DNA from: an uncultured Eubacteriales bacterium
Lineage (GTDB): Bacteria > Bacillota > Clostridia > Oscillospirales > Acutalibacteraceae
Assembly: GCA_964540535.1 (NCBI GenBank)
Contig: CAZIMO010000002.1
Coordinates: 216,705 to 280,704, forward strand
DNA: 64,000 nucleotides
Reading direction: 5' to 3'
Part shown: one piece after another, positions 17,749-28,028 of the stretch
Numbering within the stretch: position 1 is the first letter of the stretch
Layout: each line of letters opens with the position of its first letter
The notes under the pieces: generated by a model
The model's input: the letters and a program-made list of their open reading frames with translations, nothing else
What the model was told of the DNA's origin: nothing
Database searches by the model: none
Position numbers and translations under genes: made by a program

Positions 17749-20700
17749 TTATTTCTTCTTATTTTTCTTTTTTCTTACAATCAGCTTATCAAATGCCGCC
17801 AAAAGTCCCGGCAGTATAAAGAGTATAAGCAATATTGCAGAAAGCGAGCCGATTGAAATTGTTTGGCAAATCTGCGCTATTGTGGGGTCAACAGGGCAAA
17901 GTCCGATTACTCCCGTTACAACCACCATAATAAGACCAGATGTGAGAATTGTATGGATTGAACCGTTATATGCCGCAGCAAGCGAGTCTTTAACATCCAT
18001 TGTCCTGCGGTTTTCACGGTAATAATTCGTAAACAGAATTCCGTAGTCAATTGTAGCACCCATAAGAATGCACTGAACAATAATTAACGCGAGGTAATAA
18101 ATGCTGTAACCCATAAGTCCGTTCACAGACATTGTAATATACACACCGCTTTGAACAAGCAAAACAAGTATAAGCGGAACCCATATCGAACGGAAGCTTA
18201 TAAGTACAACAATGAAGATTGCGGCAATTGTCAAAAGCGTAATAAACAGCAGTTCTGTATCAAAGCTTCGCTCCATTTCGTAATTCATTGGAGTATTGCC
18301 TATGAGATAAAAGCGGTTCTCAAGATTATTGTTACACATTTCATTAAGCGTTGTCATAAATGAAGCGGTTTCTTCCGATTCAACGGGTAATGAGGTTTCA
18401 ATCATCATAAGCGAATGATTCATACCCAAAAGCTGATTGATACCGTCATCTATTTGGGCTTTCATTTTGACTGTTTCATCTTTCATATCTTCACTTATGA
18501 ATGCGGAAAATTTTGGGTCATTGATCATATTTTCTGAAAGATAGCCGAACATTTCTTCTATTGTCAGCTTCCATTCGGGATTGCTCTGTTTTGTGCTTGT
18601 ATAATAGAGATAAAGCATTTCTACTGTATTGCTGTCAAAGCCGTCTGTAATACCTGCAAGAACATTCGGAAGTTCCTGCGCGGTATATGATTTCTCTGAA
18701 GCCACCGCATCAATAACCTTGATTGAGTTTTTAAGCTTTGAAGCCATTTCAGCGTCAAAATAGCCTGCGTAATCTTCATTGGGAAGTACATCGCTGTCTG
18801 CAAAGTGAACAAAGCTCTGAACTGACATTTTCCATTTACTTGTATCGCCGTGTTCGCTGATATAAAGAAGATAAATTTGACGAAGCTGTGAGGTGGGCAT
18901 ACCCGTAATTTTTGCAAGCTCCTGCGGAGCGAAAGCTGTGCCTTTAACAGTAGCGTCAATTACCTTTTGACCCATTTCGATTTGCGAAAGCTGTTCTTCA
19001 CTCATTCTTGATGAGAACATCGCTTTATTATTTGCAACAAAGTTTATAAGCTGATAAATTGACATTTGGTGGGTCGGCTGCACCACCTGCCAAGCAATAT
19101 ATTTTGCAATTACATCTTCATAATTTACTGCTTCGGGATTTTTCAAATATTCATAATGATAAGCGTAAAGGAAAAGCATATCATCGGCAGAATAACCGAG
19201 AACCGAAGCCATATTGTAGCAGTCTCTTTTTGCAAGTACTTTTTCTTTATCTGTAAAGGTTACCAGAGTTGAAAGCTGTGACTTTGCTTTATCGTCAATC
19301 ATTGCGGCATACTGAGGATTTTTAGCAACCTCATTTACAACAAAATCTGCAAAAACAGGCAATGTCATTTTGCCTAAATCGGCGCCGTTATTCTTACTGT
19401 AATAAAGCACAAAAAGCTTTTTTATATCGTCGGCATTCATACCGAAGGTTTCGGCAAGTTCATTTGCAGTTTTAGGCGTTGTAAGCGATTTAGGGTCAGA
19501 AAACGCTTTCATTTCTTCAAGACTTGCTTTCATTTCTTCGCTTATAAAGCCCGAAAATGTAGGATTTGGAATAATTTCATTTGAAATAAAGTCGCAAAGT
19601 TCAGGAAGCGTCATTGTAAGAAGCTCGTCGCCGGAATAATAGCTGTAATAAAGAATGTCAAGAAGCGACGGATCAAGGCTTATTGCAACGCCCATATTAT
19701 CAATCATATCAACCATACCGTTTGCCGTAAATGACTGACCGAGAGTGGTTGAATAGCTCATAACACTTTTAACATTTTCATTTTTTTCAAGTTCTGCCGC
19801 CATATCGGCAATGCGTTCCTCATCGTCATTGCTGTAAAGCATAACAATTGGGTTTGAGGGTGTAAACACTTCGGCAATTGGGTCGTCAGACGAAATGGAA
19901 TAAGCGATTTGTGTGTAGCCCTGCAAAATATATGAGCCTGCAAAAATAACCACAAATAAAATTGCGATAACCTTGCGAAGCTTAAATTCGCCCTTTGAAA
20001 TAAGTCCCATCGGAATATGAAGTTCTTTTTTCTCGGTATCTTCAATTAAGCCGTCAAAAATAAGCATAAGCGCAGGCAAAATTGTAAGCACGCAAATCAT
20101 ACTGAGCAATACGCCCTTTGCAAGTACAACACCTAAATCCATACCGATTTTAAAGCTCATAAACACAAGCATAATAAGACCTATAACAGTGGTCATACCG
20201 CTGCTTGTGATTGAAGAAAACGCATTTCTCAACGCAACCTTCATAGCTTCTTCATTATCGTCAAAATTTTCTTTTTCCTGACGGTAACGGTTGGCGAGAA
20301 TGATTGAGTAATCCATTGAAAGAACCAACTGCAAAATTGCAGCAATTGACATTGTAATTTGCGAAACCGAACCGAGAACTAAATTTGAACCCATATTTAT
20401 TACAATTGCCAAACCGATTGTCGCCATAAAGAGTATAGGTTCAAACCAAGATCCGCTCATAACAAACAGAATTATCAGCAAAATTACAATAGCGGCGCCT
20501 ATAACTATCAGCGGCAAATCAACATTGCTGGCGCTGTCGTTTACACATTCAAATTCGTATGAAGAAAAATTATCTTCAATGGCTTCTTCAATCGCAATCT
20601 CTTCGGGCGAACCGTATGTATAAGAGGTTGAAACCGTAAATTTTGTATATCCGTCCTTATTATAATCTTCACTGTTTTCAACATAGGCTACGCTGTCAAC

Positions 20701-20976
20701 ATTTTGAATGCCTGAAAGCCGGTGACGGATATAATTTATTTCATCTGCACTTAAATCCTTAAACATTACACGGATTGTTGAAGATGTAGTTGTTGAGAAC
20801 TCGGTCATCATTATATCAATACCCTGTTTCATAGAAGAATTATCGGGCAGATACTTTGTCATATCCGTATTGACTTCTACTTTCGGTATAAGCGCGGCGC
20901 AAAAGGCACAAATTACAAGCATAAAAGCCAAGACGAAATTATGCTTTTCAACAATAAAATTTGCTATTTTTTTCAA
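17749..20976 (-). CDS. MMPL/RND-superfamily transporter with a large repeat-containing extracytoplasmic insert
   Basis: Two 6-TM bundles flank an insert of about 430 aa. Probable TTG start at 20976 (LKKIANFIVEKH) with SD GAGGTG. Confidence 0.75.
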   Translation of the reverse strand: MKKIANFIVEKHNFVLAFMLVICAFCAALIPKVEVNTDMTKYLPDNSSMKQGIDIMMTEFSTTTSSTIRVMFKDLSADEINYIRHRLSGIQNVDSVAYVENSEDYNKDGYTKFTVSTSYTYGSPEEIAIEEAIEDNFSSYEFECVNDSASNVDLPLIVIGAAIVILLIILFVMSGSWFEPILFMATIGLAIVINMGSNLVLGSVSQITMSIAAILQLVLSMDYSIILANRYRQEKENFDDNEEAMKVALRNAFSSITSSGMTTVIGLIMLVFMSFKIGMDLGVVLAKGVLLSMICVLTILPALMLIFDGLIEDTEKKELHIPMGLISKGEFKLRKVIAILFVVIFAGSYILQGYTQIAYSISSDDPIAEVFTPSNPIVMLYSNDDEERIADMAAELEKNENVKSVMSYSTTLGQSFTANGMVDMIDNMGVAISLDPSLLDILYYSYYSGDELLTMTLPELCDFISNEIIPNPTFSGFISEEMKASLEEMKAFSDPKSLTTPKTANELAETFGMNADDIKKLFVLYYSKNNGADLGKMTLPVFADFVVNEVAKNPQYAAMIDDKAKSQLSTLVTFTDKEKVLAKRDCYNMASVLGYSADDMLFLYAYHYEYLKNPEAVNYEDVIAKYIAWQVVQPTHQMSIYQLINFVANNKAMFSSRMSEEQLSQIEMGQKVIDATVKGTAFAPQELAKITGMPTSQLRQIYLLYISEHGDTSKWKMSVQSFVHFADSDVLPNEDYAGYFDAEMASKLKNSIKVIDAVASEKSYTAQELPNVLAGITDGFDSNTVEMLYLYYTSTKQSNPEWKLTIEEMFGYLSENMINDPKFSAFISEDMKDETVKMKAQIDDGINQLLGMNHSLMMIETSLPVESEETASFMTTLNEMCNNNLENRFYLIGNTPMNYEMERSFDTELLFITLLTIAAIFIVVLISFRSIWVPLILVLLVQSGVYITMSVNGLMGYSIYYLALIIVQCILMGATIDYGILFTNYYRENRRTMDVKDSLAAAYNGSIHTILTSGLIMVVVTGVIGLCPVDPTIAQICQTISIGSLSAILLILFILPGLLAAFDKLIVRKKKNKKK

Positions 20977-21027
20977 ATATGACACCTCAATCGGCAAAAA
21001 ATTTATATTCAAATTATAAAGGCTTAT

Positions 21028-22152
21028 TTATCGCATTTCAAGATACATCTTTTTAATATCACTATAAGAAAGCGGTATAATATTTCTCTCCATAAGCGGA
21101 GTCATACTCATTTCAGTGAGTATTTCGATTTCATCTTCGGTTTTAACACCTATTTCGGTAAGGGTCATAGCCATTCCCATTTTCTGTTTAAGCTCTGTAA
21201 TTGCATCTGCCATTTCGTAAGCGTCGGCAAATCCGCAGTCACGTGCAAAATTGTGAAGTCTGCCGTTTTCAGCCTCTGCATTGAAGCGTGTGAAATAATC
21301 AAGTGTCATAGCGCAGGCTTCGCCGTGAGGAACACTATAAAGATTTGTTAAGGGGAATGAGCAGGCGTGACTGCCGGCTGTACGAGGATTTGAAAATGCA
21401 ACTCCTGCAACAATTGAAGCCTCCGCCATTTTTTCACGGGCTTCAAGATTATTCGGCTCACAGTAAGCCTTGTAAAGCCACTCAAAGACAAGCCGAGCCG
21501 CTCGAACCGAACAAGCCTCACAAATCGGCTGATGAAGAACACTCCAAAAACTTTCTAACGCATGGGCAAGCACATCAAGTCCTGTTGATGCCGTAACTCT
21601 GGGCGGAACACTCAAAGTCAATTTGGGGTCAACTATTGCAACTTTCGGATACATAAGAGCGTCATTCATTGTGGATTTCACATTTTTCTGCAAATCGGTA
21701 AGCACCGAAATGTTTGTAATTTCACTGCCTGTTCCGCTTGTAGTGGGAACTGCAAGCATATGAATAACCTCATCTGCATTTACAGGTTTACCGCCCGTGT
21801 GATAGCTTTCAATTATATCACTGCCCTTTGCTATTGCGCAAGCCGCCTTACAGCAATCCATAGGCGAACCGCCTCCCAAAGCCACGGCAAAATCCGCATT
21901 GTTCTCACGAAGCACTTTAACGCAGGCATTAACATTTTCTGTTGTAGGGTTTGGTCTTATATCGCTGAAAACCGTTTTAATCACGCCATTGCAGTTTTCA
22001 ATTATCTTATCGGCTGTACCGTTATTTTTAAGAGTATTTGAGCATACAAGAACTCCCCTTTTATATCCTAATTCGTTTATAATTTCGGGCAATTCGTTAA
22101 TTTTATCTGTTCCGAAACAGATTTTTACCGGCAGGCTGAAATTCCACATCAT
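21028..22152 (-). CDS. Iron-containing (group III) alcohol dehydrogenase
   Basis: GGGSPMDCCKA and the histidine metal-site region HACSFPL/HGEAC. Confidence 0.85.
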   Translation of the reverse strand: MMWNFSLPVKICFGTDKINELPEIINELGYKRGVLVCSNTLKNNGTADKIIENCNGVIKTVFSDIRPNPTTENVNACVKVLRENNADFAVALGGGSPMDCCKAACAIAKGSDIIESYHTGGKPVNADEVIHMLAVPTTSGTGSEITNISVLTDLQKNVKSTMNDALMYPKVAIVDPKLTLSVPPRVTASTGLDVLAHALESFWSVLHQPICEACSVRAARLVFEWLYKAYCEPNNLEAREKMAEASIVAGVAFSNPRTAGSHACSFPLTNLYSVPHGEACAMTLDYFTRFNAEAENGRLHNFARDCGFADAYEMADAITELKQKMGMAMTLTEIGVKTEDEIEILTEMSMTPLMERNIIPLSYSDIKKMYLEMR

Positions 22153-23054
22153 TTAAGTTTTCCCCCTTGGATTACATTTCTGCAATTCATTTCTCTGTTT
22201 ATTGTATTAAGCACCTTTTTCTTGTCACCGCTCCACTTCGGTTCAACAAGATATTTTTTAGGCGCGTCGCCTGTAATTCGGTGAATAACCACATTTTCGG
22301 GTATTCTTTCAAGACACCCTAACAGTATATCAATATATTCGCTCATTTGCAATGGAATTGCAATTCCTTTTTTGTAGTCCTCATACAAATCCGTATCTCT
22401 CAAAATATGTAAAAGCTGAAGCTTTACTCCGTCAGTTCCGCATTTGACGGCAAAATCCACGGTATTGAAAATGTCCGCTTCCGTTTCACCCGGCAAGCCG
22501 ATTATTATATGAGTGATTACTGTAATTCCGCGTTTTTTCAACTCTTTCACTGCATTTTTATACACATAATTGGGATAACAGCGCCGAATATACTCGGCGG
22601 TTTCTTCGTTAGCGGTTTGAAGTCCCAATTCAACCCAAACAGGCTTAATTCTATTAAGCTTTTCGAGCAAATCAAGTATATCTTCGGGCAGGCAGTCGGG
22701 TCGGGTAGCTATTGAAATTGCAACAATATCGTCACGGTTTATTACTTGCGTAAAAATATTTTCAAGATATTCTGCAAAGGTATATGTATTGGTATAGCTT
22801 TGAAAATACGCAATAAATTTTTCGGCGTTCGTTTTGCTCTGAATTCGCTTTTTGGCATTTTCAAGCTGAACATTTATATCTTCGCCGAATTCTGCAAAGT
22901 GTGATGAACCGTTATGGCAGAAAATACATCCGCGTGTATCCAAAGTACCGTCACGGTTCGGGCAGGTAAGCCCTAAATCCAACGACAGCTTATACACCTT
23001 TTCGCCGAATGTTTCTTTAAGATATTCATTTAAAGAGTAAAATCTGCCGTTCAT
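22149..23054 (-). CDS. TIGR01212-family radical SAM protein
   Basis: CPNRDGTLDTRGCIFC cluster near the N-terminus, about 300 aa. Overlaps the adh start. Confidence 0.8.
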   Translation of the reverse strand: MNGRFYSLNEYLKETFGEKVYKLSLDLGLTCPNRDGTLDTRGCIFCHNGSSHFAEFGEDINVQLENAKKRIQSKTNAEKFIAYFQSYTNTYTFAEYLENIFTQVINRDDIVAISIATRPDCLPEDILDLLEKLNRIKPVWVELGLQTANEETAEYIRRCYPNYVYKNAVKELKKRGITVITHIIIGLPGETEADIFNTVDFAVKCGTDGVKLQLLHILRDTDLYEDYKKGIAIPLQMSEYIDILLGCLERIPENVVIHRITGDAPKKYLVEPKWSGDKKKVLNTINREMNCRNVIQGGKLK

Positions 23055-23183
23055 TCAATCACCTTTTAGATTATAATAAAAATATTTGTAAATTGCAATA
23101 ACGGTAATATTCTTGCCGTATTTTTCATAAAAAAATCCCGAAGCTTTTGCCTCGGAATTTTTATAGGTCTTATTTAACTGTTA

Positions 23184-23324
23184 TTAGTTGGATGGATTGT
23201 TTTCTGATTTTGATTCGGGACAATCCTTTACATTTGAGAACTGATTGTTAGACTTTTTGTTGTTCTGCTGATTGTTTTTGCTGTTCTGTGGGTTATTTTT
23301 GCTATTGTTATTCTGATTATTCAT
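23184..23324 (-). CDS. Small Asn/Gln/Lys-rich protein, 46 aa (below ORF-track cutoff)
   Basis: MNNQNNNSKNNPQNSKNNQQNNKKSNNQFSNVKDCPESKSENNPSN. SD GAGGTG 6 nt upstream. A terminator hairpin lies downstream. Confidence 0.5.
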   Translation of the reverse strand: MNNQNNNSKNNPQNSKNNQQNNKKSNNQFSNVKDCPESKSENNPSN

Positions 23325-23437
23325 TATTATCACCTCGCAACAGTATTATTACCCTATTTTAAAAAAATATTCGTCATAGAAACTTATAGAAATATGTGGT
23401 AAAATAAAAGCAATATAATTATTACGGGAGAAAAAAT

Positions 23438-24310
23438 ATGATTGATTTTGAACGCTCCAAAGAAATATTTTTGAAAATAATGCCAAATGAAGAATTGGCG
23501 GAAAAAATTGAAAACTATATAAAAAACCATAAAATTATTATTAAATTTTTCCTTGGTTTTTGCCGTAAAAATCGTTGGGAACCGACACTCAAATTAAATC
23601 CTATGATGAAACTATCGCTGGTTTATTTATTTTTGCCTGTTGTCTGTGACAGATACACCGCAAAGAATATAAGCGAAGAAATATTTTGGGACACAATGAG
23701 CGATATTAAAATATGGATAGACGACCACTATGCGCGTACGGGAGAATACGGACTTTATGAGCTTCATTGGATTATGCATCATATGAATCTTAATATTTTT
23801 AAATTAGGCAGACTGCAATTCCAGAAAAGCTTCTGGCATTTTAAAACTCCTTACGAAAAGAACGGAGTAAAAATCAATTTCGGTGATAAAATTATCAATA
23901 TACATATTCCCCGCGGTGAAAAACTCGATATTTCAGCCTGCAAAAAGTCCTTACAGACAGCCAAAGTATTCTTTGAACAATATTTTGCAGAATATCCCAA
24001 CAACCGATTTATGTGTCATAGCTGGCTTTTATATCCTAAAAACAAAAATTTTATGTCTGCTGACAGTAACATTCTTAAATTCGCAGATATGTTTGATATG
24101 ATTGAAGAAAAAGAAACTCCTCAACAGACATATTTGTGGATTTTCGGAGTAAAATTGAAAAATCCCGCTCTTATGAATAACAAAAAAGAAACGGGAAATT
24201 ACGGGTATACTGATATTTTACCGCAGAAAAACGCATTACAGAAATCTGCTGTTGAATATGTAAAAAACGGCGGAACATTCGGCGATGCGTTGGGGGTAAT
24301 AATATTATAA
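23438..24310 (+). CDS. Conserved hypothetical protein (family not confidently recognised)
   Basis: 290-aa ORF with an RBS and no TM segments. AT-rich relative to its neighbours. Confidence 0.5.
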   Translation: MIDFERSKEIFLKIMPNEELAEKIENYIKNHKIIIKFFLGFCRKNRWEPTLKLNPMMKLSLVYLFLPVVCDRYTAKNISEEIFWDTMSDIKIWIDDHYARTGEYGLYELHWIMHHMNLNIFKLGRLQFQKSFWHFKTPYEKNGVKINFGDKIINIHIPRGEKLDISACKKSLQTAKVFFEQYFAEYPNNRFMCHSWLLYPKNKNFMSADSNILKFADMFDMIEEKETPQQTYLWIFGVKLKNPALMNNKKETGNYGYTDILPQKNALQKSAVEYVKNGGTFGDALGVIIL

Positions 24311-24318
24311 AGCGAAAA

Positions 24319-25317
24319 TCAGTTATCGCAGATGACAGTATTGCTTTCTTCCGGATATTTCATATTCCAGCTTTTGCGAAGCGCTGTCATAATACTCATT
24401 ACATCTTCGCTGTAATCAAGTTTCATTGTGTTTTTACCGCTTTGAACTGCAATTTCCATATTTTCGATTTCATAGCAGAGGGCATTTTTAGTGTCCCCTG
24501 CTTTTATTGTTTCTGTTCGGTTGCTGTCGGTATAAGTGATAACGGCCTTGTCGGCTCTTGGGTATTCAAAAATCTCTATATAAGCCTTATCATAACAAAT
24601 TGTGGCACGCTTAGGTTGTTTTGTGTGTAAGGAAAGGGTTACGCTTGCCATTTCGTTCTTTGAATTTTTAAGAATTAAGCTTGACTGCTCGTCTGCACCC
24701 GTCGGAGCAAATTTCACCTGCGATGAAATCTCATTCGGAAACTCCGTCATAAACATTCTCACGCAGGAAAGTGCATAAACGCCGATGTCGAGCAACGCAC
24801 CGCCTGCCAAATCCATATTGAAAAAGCGGTTTGACATATCGTATTCTTTAAAACTGCCGAAGTTCACCTGCGCAAGATTAAAATAACCGAGCTTACCCGA
24901 TTCAATTATTTTTGCAAGCTCTGCATACAACGGCATATTATAAATTGTCATTGCTTCGGCTAAAATAAGATTTTTTGAATTTGCCAGCTCAACCGCCTTG
25001 TTAAGCTCTGCTGAATTGAGCGTGATTGCCTTTTCACACAGAATATGCTTACCGCTGTTTAACGCTTTCAAAATATATTCAATATGCTTATTATGCGGTG
25101 TGGCGATATAAACTATATCCACATTTTCATCGGTAAAAAGCTCGTCAATGCTTTTATAAACCTTTTCAATGCCGTACTTTTCGGCAAAAGTCAATGCTTT
25201 TTCGTAGGTTCGGTTCGCAACCGAATAAACCTTACCGCCCATTTTGTTCATAGCAGCGGCAAATTCATTGGCAATACTTCCGCATCCTAAAACTGCCCAG
25301 TTGTATTTGTTTGACAT
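24319..25317 (-). CDS. Gfo/Idh/MocA family oxidoreductase
   Basis: N-terminal Rossmann WAVLGCGSIANEF and the EKA motif LCEKAITL. Confidence 0.85.
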   Translation of the reverse strand: MSNKYNWAVLGCGSIANEFAAAMNKMGGKVYSVANRTYEKALTFAEKYGIEKVYKSIDELFTDENVDIVYIATPHNKHIEYILKALNSGKHILCEKAITLNSAELNKAVELANSKNLILAEAMTIYNMPLYAELAKIIESGKLGYFNLAQVNFGSFKEYDMSNRFFNMDLAGGALLDIGVYALSCVRMFMTEFPNEISSQVKFAPTGADEQSSLILKNSKNEMASVTLSLHTKQPKRATICYDKAYIEIFEYPRADKAVITYTDSNRTETIKAGDTKNALCYEIENMEIAVQSGKNTMKLDYSEDVMSIMTALRKSWNMKYPEESNTVICDN

Positions 25318-25364
25318 AACTTCTCCACCTTTTATTGAACTGCCTTTTTGTTATATATCGTTTT

Positions 25365-25512
25365 TTAATTTTCTAACCTATTCAGCCAATCTCTTCGTAC
25401 ATAAAGGAAACAAATTACAGTAACAGTGTTTAATTCTTCACGTACAACATAAAATATCGGATATTTCATTATAGTTATTTCTCAAATCAGCACTCGGTCT
25501 AATTGTCGGCAT
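25365..25512 (-). pseudogene. Remnant of a Phd/YefM-RelE/ParE toxin-antitoxin pair (deletion fusion)
   Basis: Antitoxin N-terminus MPTIRPSADLRNNYNEISDI is joined out of frame to the toxin C-terminus KYPIFYVVREELNTVTVICFLYVRRDWLNRLEN. Confidence 0.7.
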
Positions 25513-25547
25513 AATGTCATCTTCGTTAATGTTATAGAAAAATTATA

Positions 25548-27656
25548 TCAAAACATTGACACAGCGTCAACAAACAGATGGGAAATCAGATTTACAATAA
25601 TACAGATTCCCATTCCGCAAAGGGTTGGGATTAAAAATGCGGCGGCAGTCCATTTCAGGCTTTTTGTTTCTTTTTTGACCGTAAGCAAGGTTGTTGAACA
25701 TGGCCAGTGCATAAGCGAAAATATTATCGTGCAGAGCGCGGTTGTTATTGTCCAGCCGTTAGCAACCAGCAATTCACGCAATTCAAAAAGAGAAGAATAG
25801 TCGGTCAGCGTACCCATATTGAGATATGCCATAATTATTATGGGCAAAACTATTTCGTTTGCGGGAAATCCGAGTATGAAAGCTCCGAGAATTACACCGT
25901 CAAGTCCCATAAGCCGACCTAACGGGTCAAGAAAATCGGTAAAGTGGGCAAGCAATGTTTTGTCGCCCGATGTTATATTGGCAAGAAGCCATATTACAAT
26001 TCCGGCAGGAGCGGCGACCACAACGGCTCTGCCAAGCACGAAAAGCGTTCGGTCAAAAATTGAACGCACAAGAGTTTTGGCGATTTGAGGCTTTCTGAAC
26101 GGCGGAAGTTCAAGCGTAAAGGATGACGGCATTCCTTTTAGTATTGTTTTGCTTAAGACTTTTGACACTGCAAAAGTCTTAAAAATACCGAGCAGAATTA
26201 CGGTACACAGCAAAACCGACGATAAAACACTGCCTGCGAAATTCGACACAGTAACAAGAAAGAACATTGTTATAATTGCAATCAGTGTGGGAAATCTGCC
26301 GTTACACGGCACAAATACATTTGTGAGAATTGCTATAAGCCGTTCACGGGGAGAGTCGATAATTCTGCATCCTGTAACGCCCACAGCATTACAGCCAAAG
26401 CCCATACACATAGTCAACGCCTGTTTACCGCATGTATTGGCTTTTTTTAAATATCGGTCAAGATTAAAGGCCACTCTCGGCAGATAGCCGAAATCCTCAA
26501 GCAAGGTGAAAAGCGGAAAAAATATCGCCATTGGCGGTAACATTACCGAAACCACCCACGCAAGCACCTTATATCCGCCGTGAACAACTAAATCTACAAG
26601 GATTTGCGAAGCCCCTAAATTCAAAAGCCGCTCCGCCAAGATATTTTCAAAGCCTAAAAGCAGTGACGAAATCCACTGCGACGGATAATTCGCCCCGTAA
26701 ATTGTAATCCACAAAATAAACAGCAAAAGCAAAAGCATTGTAACGGTGCCTGTGGTTTTACCCATAAAAATTCTGTCAAGCAACTCGTTATGTTTTTTAT
26801 ACTTGCTTTCTGTGCATATAACACAATTTTGTGTTATTTCTTCTGCACGGGTTACAAGGGAATGCGTTAAATAATCGCAGAAATCCTCTTTTGAAATAAA
26901 TTTTGAATAAACAATATTTCTTGTACGCTCTGCCGCTGAAAGCAGAGCTTTTTTATTTTTAACAGATTTATTGTCAAATAACTTTTGAGAATATTTGCCG
27001 TCAAAAAGCAGTCTTAATGCGTAATAAGGATTGCGCGGCTCATCATCTGCAATTTTTTTAAGCACAGATGTAAGATACTCTATATTTTTTTGGATTTCGG
27101 GAAGCTTTATTGGATTTTCGCTATTTGATTTCGGATTTCGGCATAAATCCGCAATGGCATTTTTAAGGTCATAAAGACCTTTTTTTCTGCCTGCGCTCAT
27201 TGGAATGACAGGAATATGTAACGAATTGCTCAAATACTCAAAATCAATTTTCACTCCGTTCTTTTCAGCTTCATCCATAAGATTTACCGCCAAAATAACA
27301 TTATCGGTAATTTGCAGAATTTGCAGTGCAAGGTTGAGATTGCGTTCAAGGCAATTTGCATCTGCCACAACCACAACTCCGTTATATTCGCCAAAGGATA
27401 AAAGCTCTTCAGCACATTCTTCTTCAAATGAATGTGAAAAAAGCGAGTATGTTCCGGGCAAATCAACGAGTACATAATCTGTATTCTCAAAGCAATACCG
27501 CCCACGGGCATTACCTACGGTTTTGCCTGCCCAGTTGCCTGTGTGCTGATGAAGTCCCGTAAGGCAATTGAACACTGTACTTTTACCCACATTAGGATTA
27601 CCTGCAAGGGCAATTGTATATTCAGTATTTGATTGCTTTTTATTTTTCTTCGCCAA
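25548..27656 (-). CDS. feoB: Ferrous iron transporter FeoB
   Basis: N-terminal G-domain GNPNVGKST followed by a polytopic membrane domain, 702 aa. Confidence 0.95.
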   Translation of the reverse strand: MAKKNKKQSNTEYTIALAGNPNVGKSTVFNCLTGLHQHTGNWAGKTVGNARGRYCFENTDYVLVDLPGTYSLFSHSFEEECAEELLSFGEYNGVVVVADANCLERNLNLALQILQITDNVILAVNLMDEAEKNGVKIDFEYLSNSLHIPVIPMSAGRKKGLYDLKNAIADLCRNPKSNSENPIKLPEIQKNIEYLTSVLKKIADDEPRNPYYALRLLFDGKYSQKLFDNKSVKNKKALLSAAERTRNIVYSKFISKEDFCDYLTHSLVTRAEEITQNCVICTESKYKKHNELLDRIFMGKTTGTVTMLLLLLFILWITIYGANYPSQWISSLLLGFENILAERLLNLGASQILVDLVVHGGYKVLAWVVSVMLPPMAIFFPLFTLLEDFGYLPRVAFNLDRYLKKANTCGKQALTMCMGFGCNAVGVTGCRIIDSPRERLIAILTNVFVPCNGRFPTLIAIITMFFLVTVSNFAGSVLSSVLLCTVILLGIFKTFAVSKVLSKTILKGMPSSFTLELPPFRKPQIAKTLVRSIFDRTLFVLGRAVVVAAPAGIVIWLLANITSGDKTLLAHFTDFLDPLGRLMGLDGVILGAFILGFPANEIVLPIIIMAYLNMGTLTDYSSLFELRELLVANGWTITTALCTIIFSLMHWPCSTTLLTVKKETKSLKWTAAAFLIPTLCGMGICIIVNLISHLFVDAVSMF

Positions 27657-27671
27657 GGAACATACCCCCTA

Positions 27672-27905
27672 TTATATGTTGTCACATTTTACAAACACTG
27701 TTTTTGCGTCTTCTTTACGAATTGCAATTACAGCACCTTTAACAAGATATGCTGCAATATCCTTTTTTGTGCTTTGTCCCGTACATTTTATCCTTGCTCC
27801 GCATATTATTCCTAAATCCTGAAACCGACGGCGAAGCCCGCCAATTGCTTCAAGACGGGAAACGCAGGCGCATTCGCCCACATTTAAATTATCAAGAGTT
27901 GTCAT
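27672..27905 (-). CDS. feoA: FeoA family protein
   Basis: 77-aa SH3-like protein immediately upstream of feoB. Confidence 0.85.
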   Translation of the reverse strand: MTTLDNLNVGECACVSRLEAIGGLRRRFQDLGIICGARIKCTGQSTKKDIAAYLVKGAVIAIRKEDAKTVFVKCDNI

Positions 27906-28028
27906 ATTCTCACCTTTTTCTTTCCCCTATCATAATATTTTCTTCATTACTTATTGTGACAATTTTTTCGTGAAGTGTGATATAGAATAAAAACAAAGTA
28001 AGAAAGAAAGGAATTAAAGGTTAAAACA

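Noticed and set aside
27906-28028. Fur box upstream of feoA, and sigma-H or Spo0A sites upstream of spoIIAA
   Set aside because: The best by-eye matches (for example TCACAATAAGTAATGA against TGATAATNATTATCA) are too weak to call without a scoring matrix.
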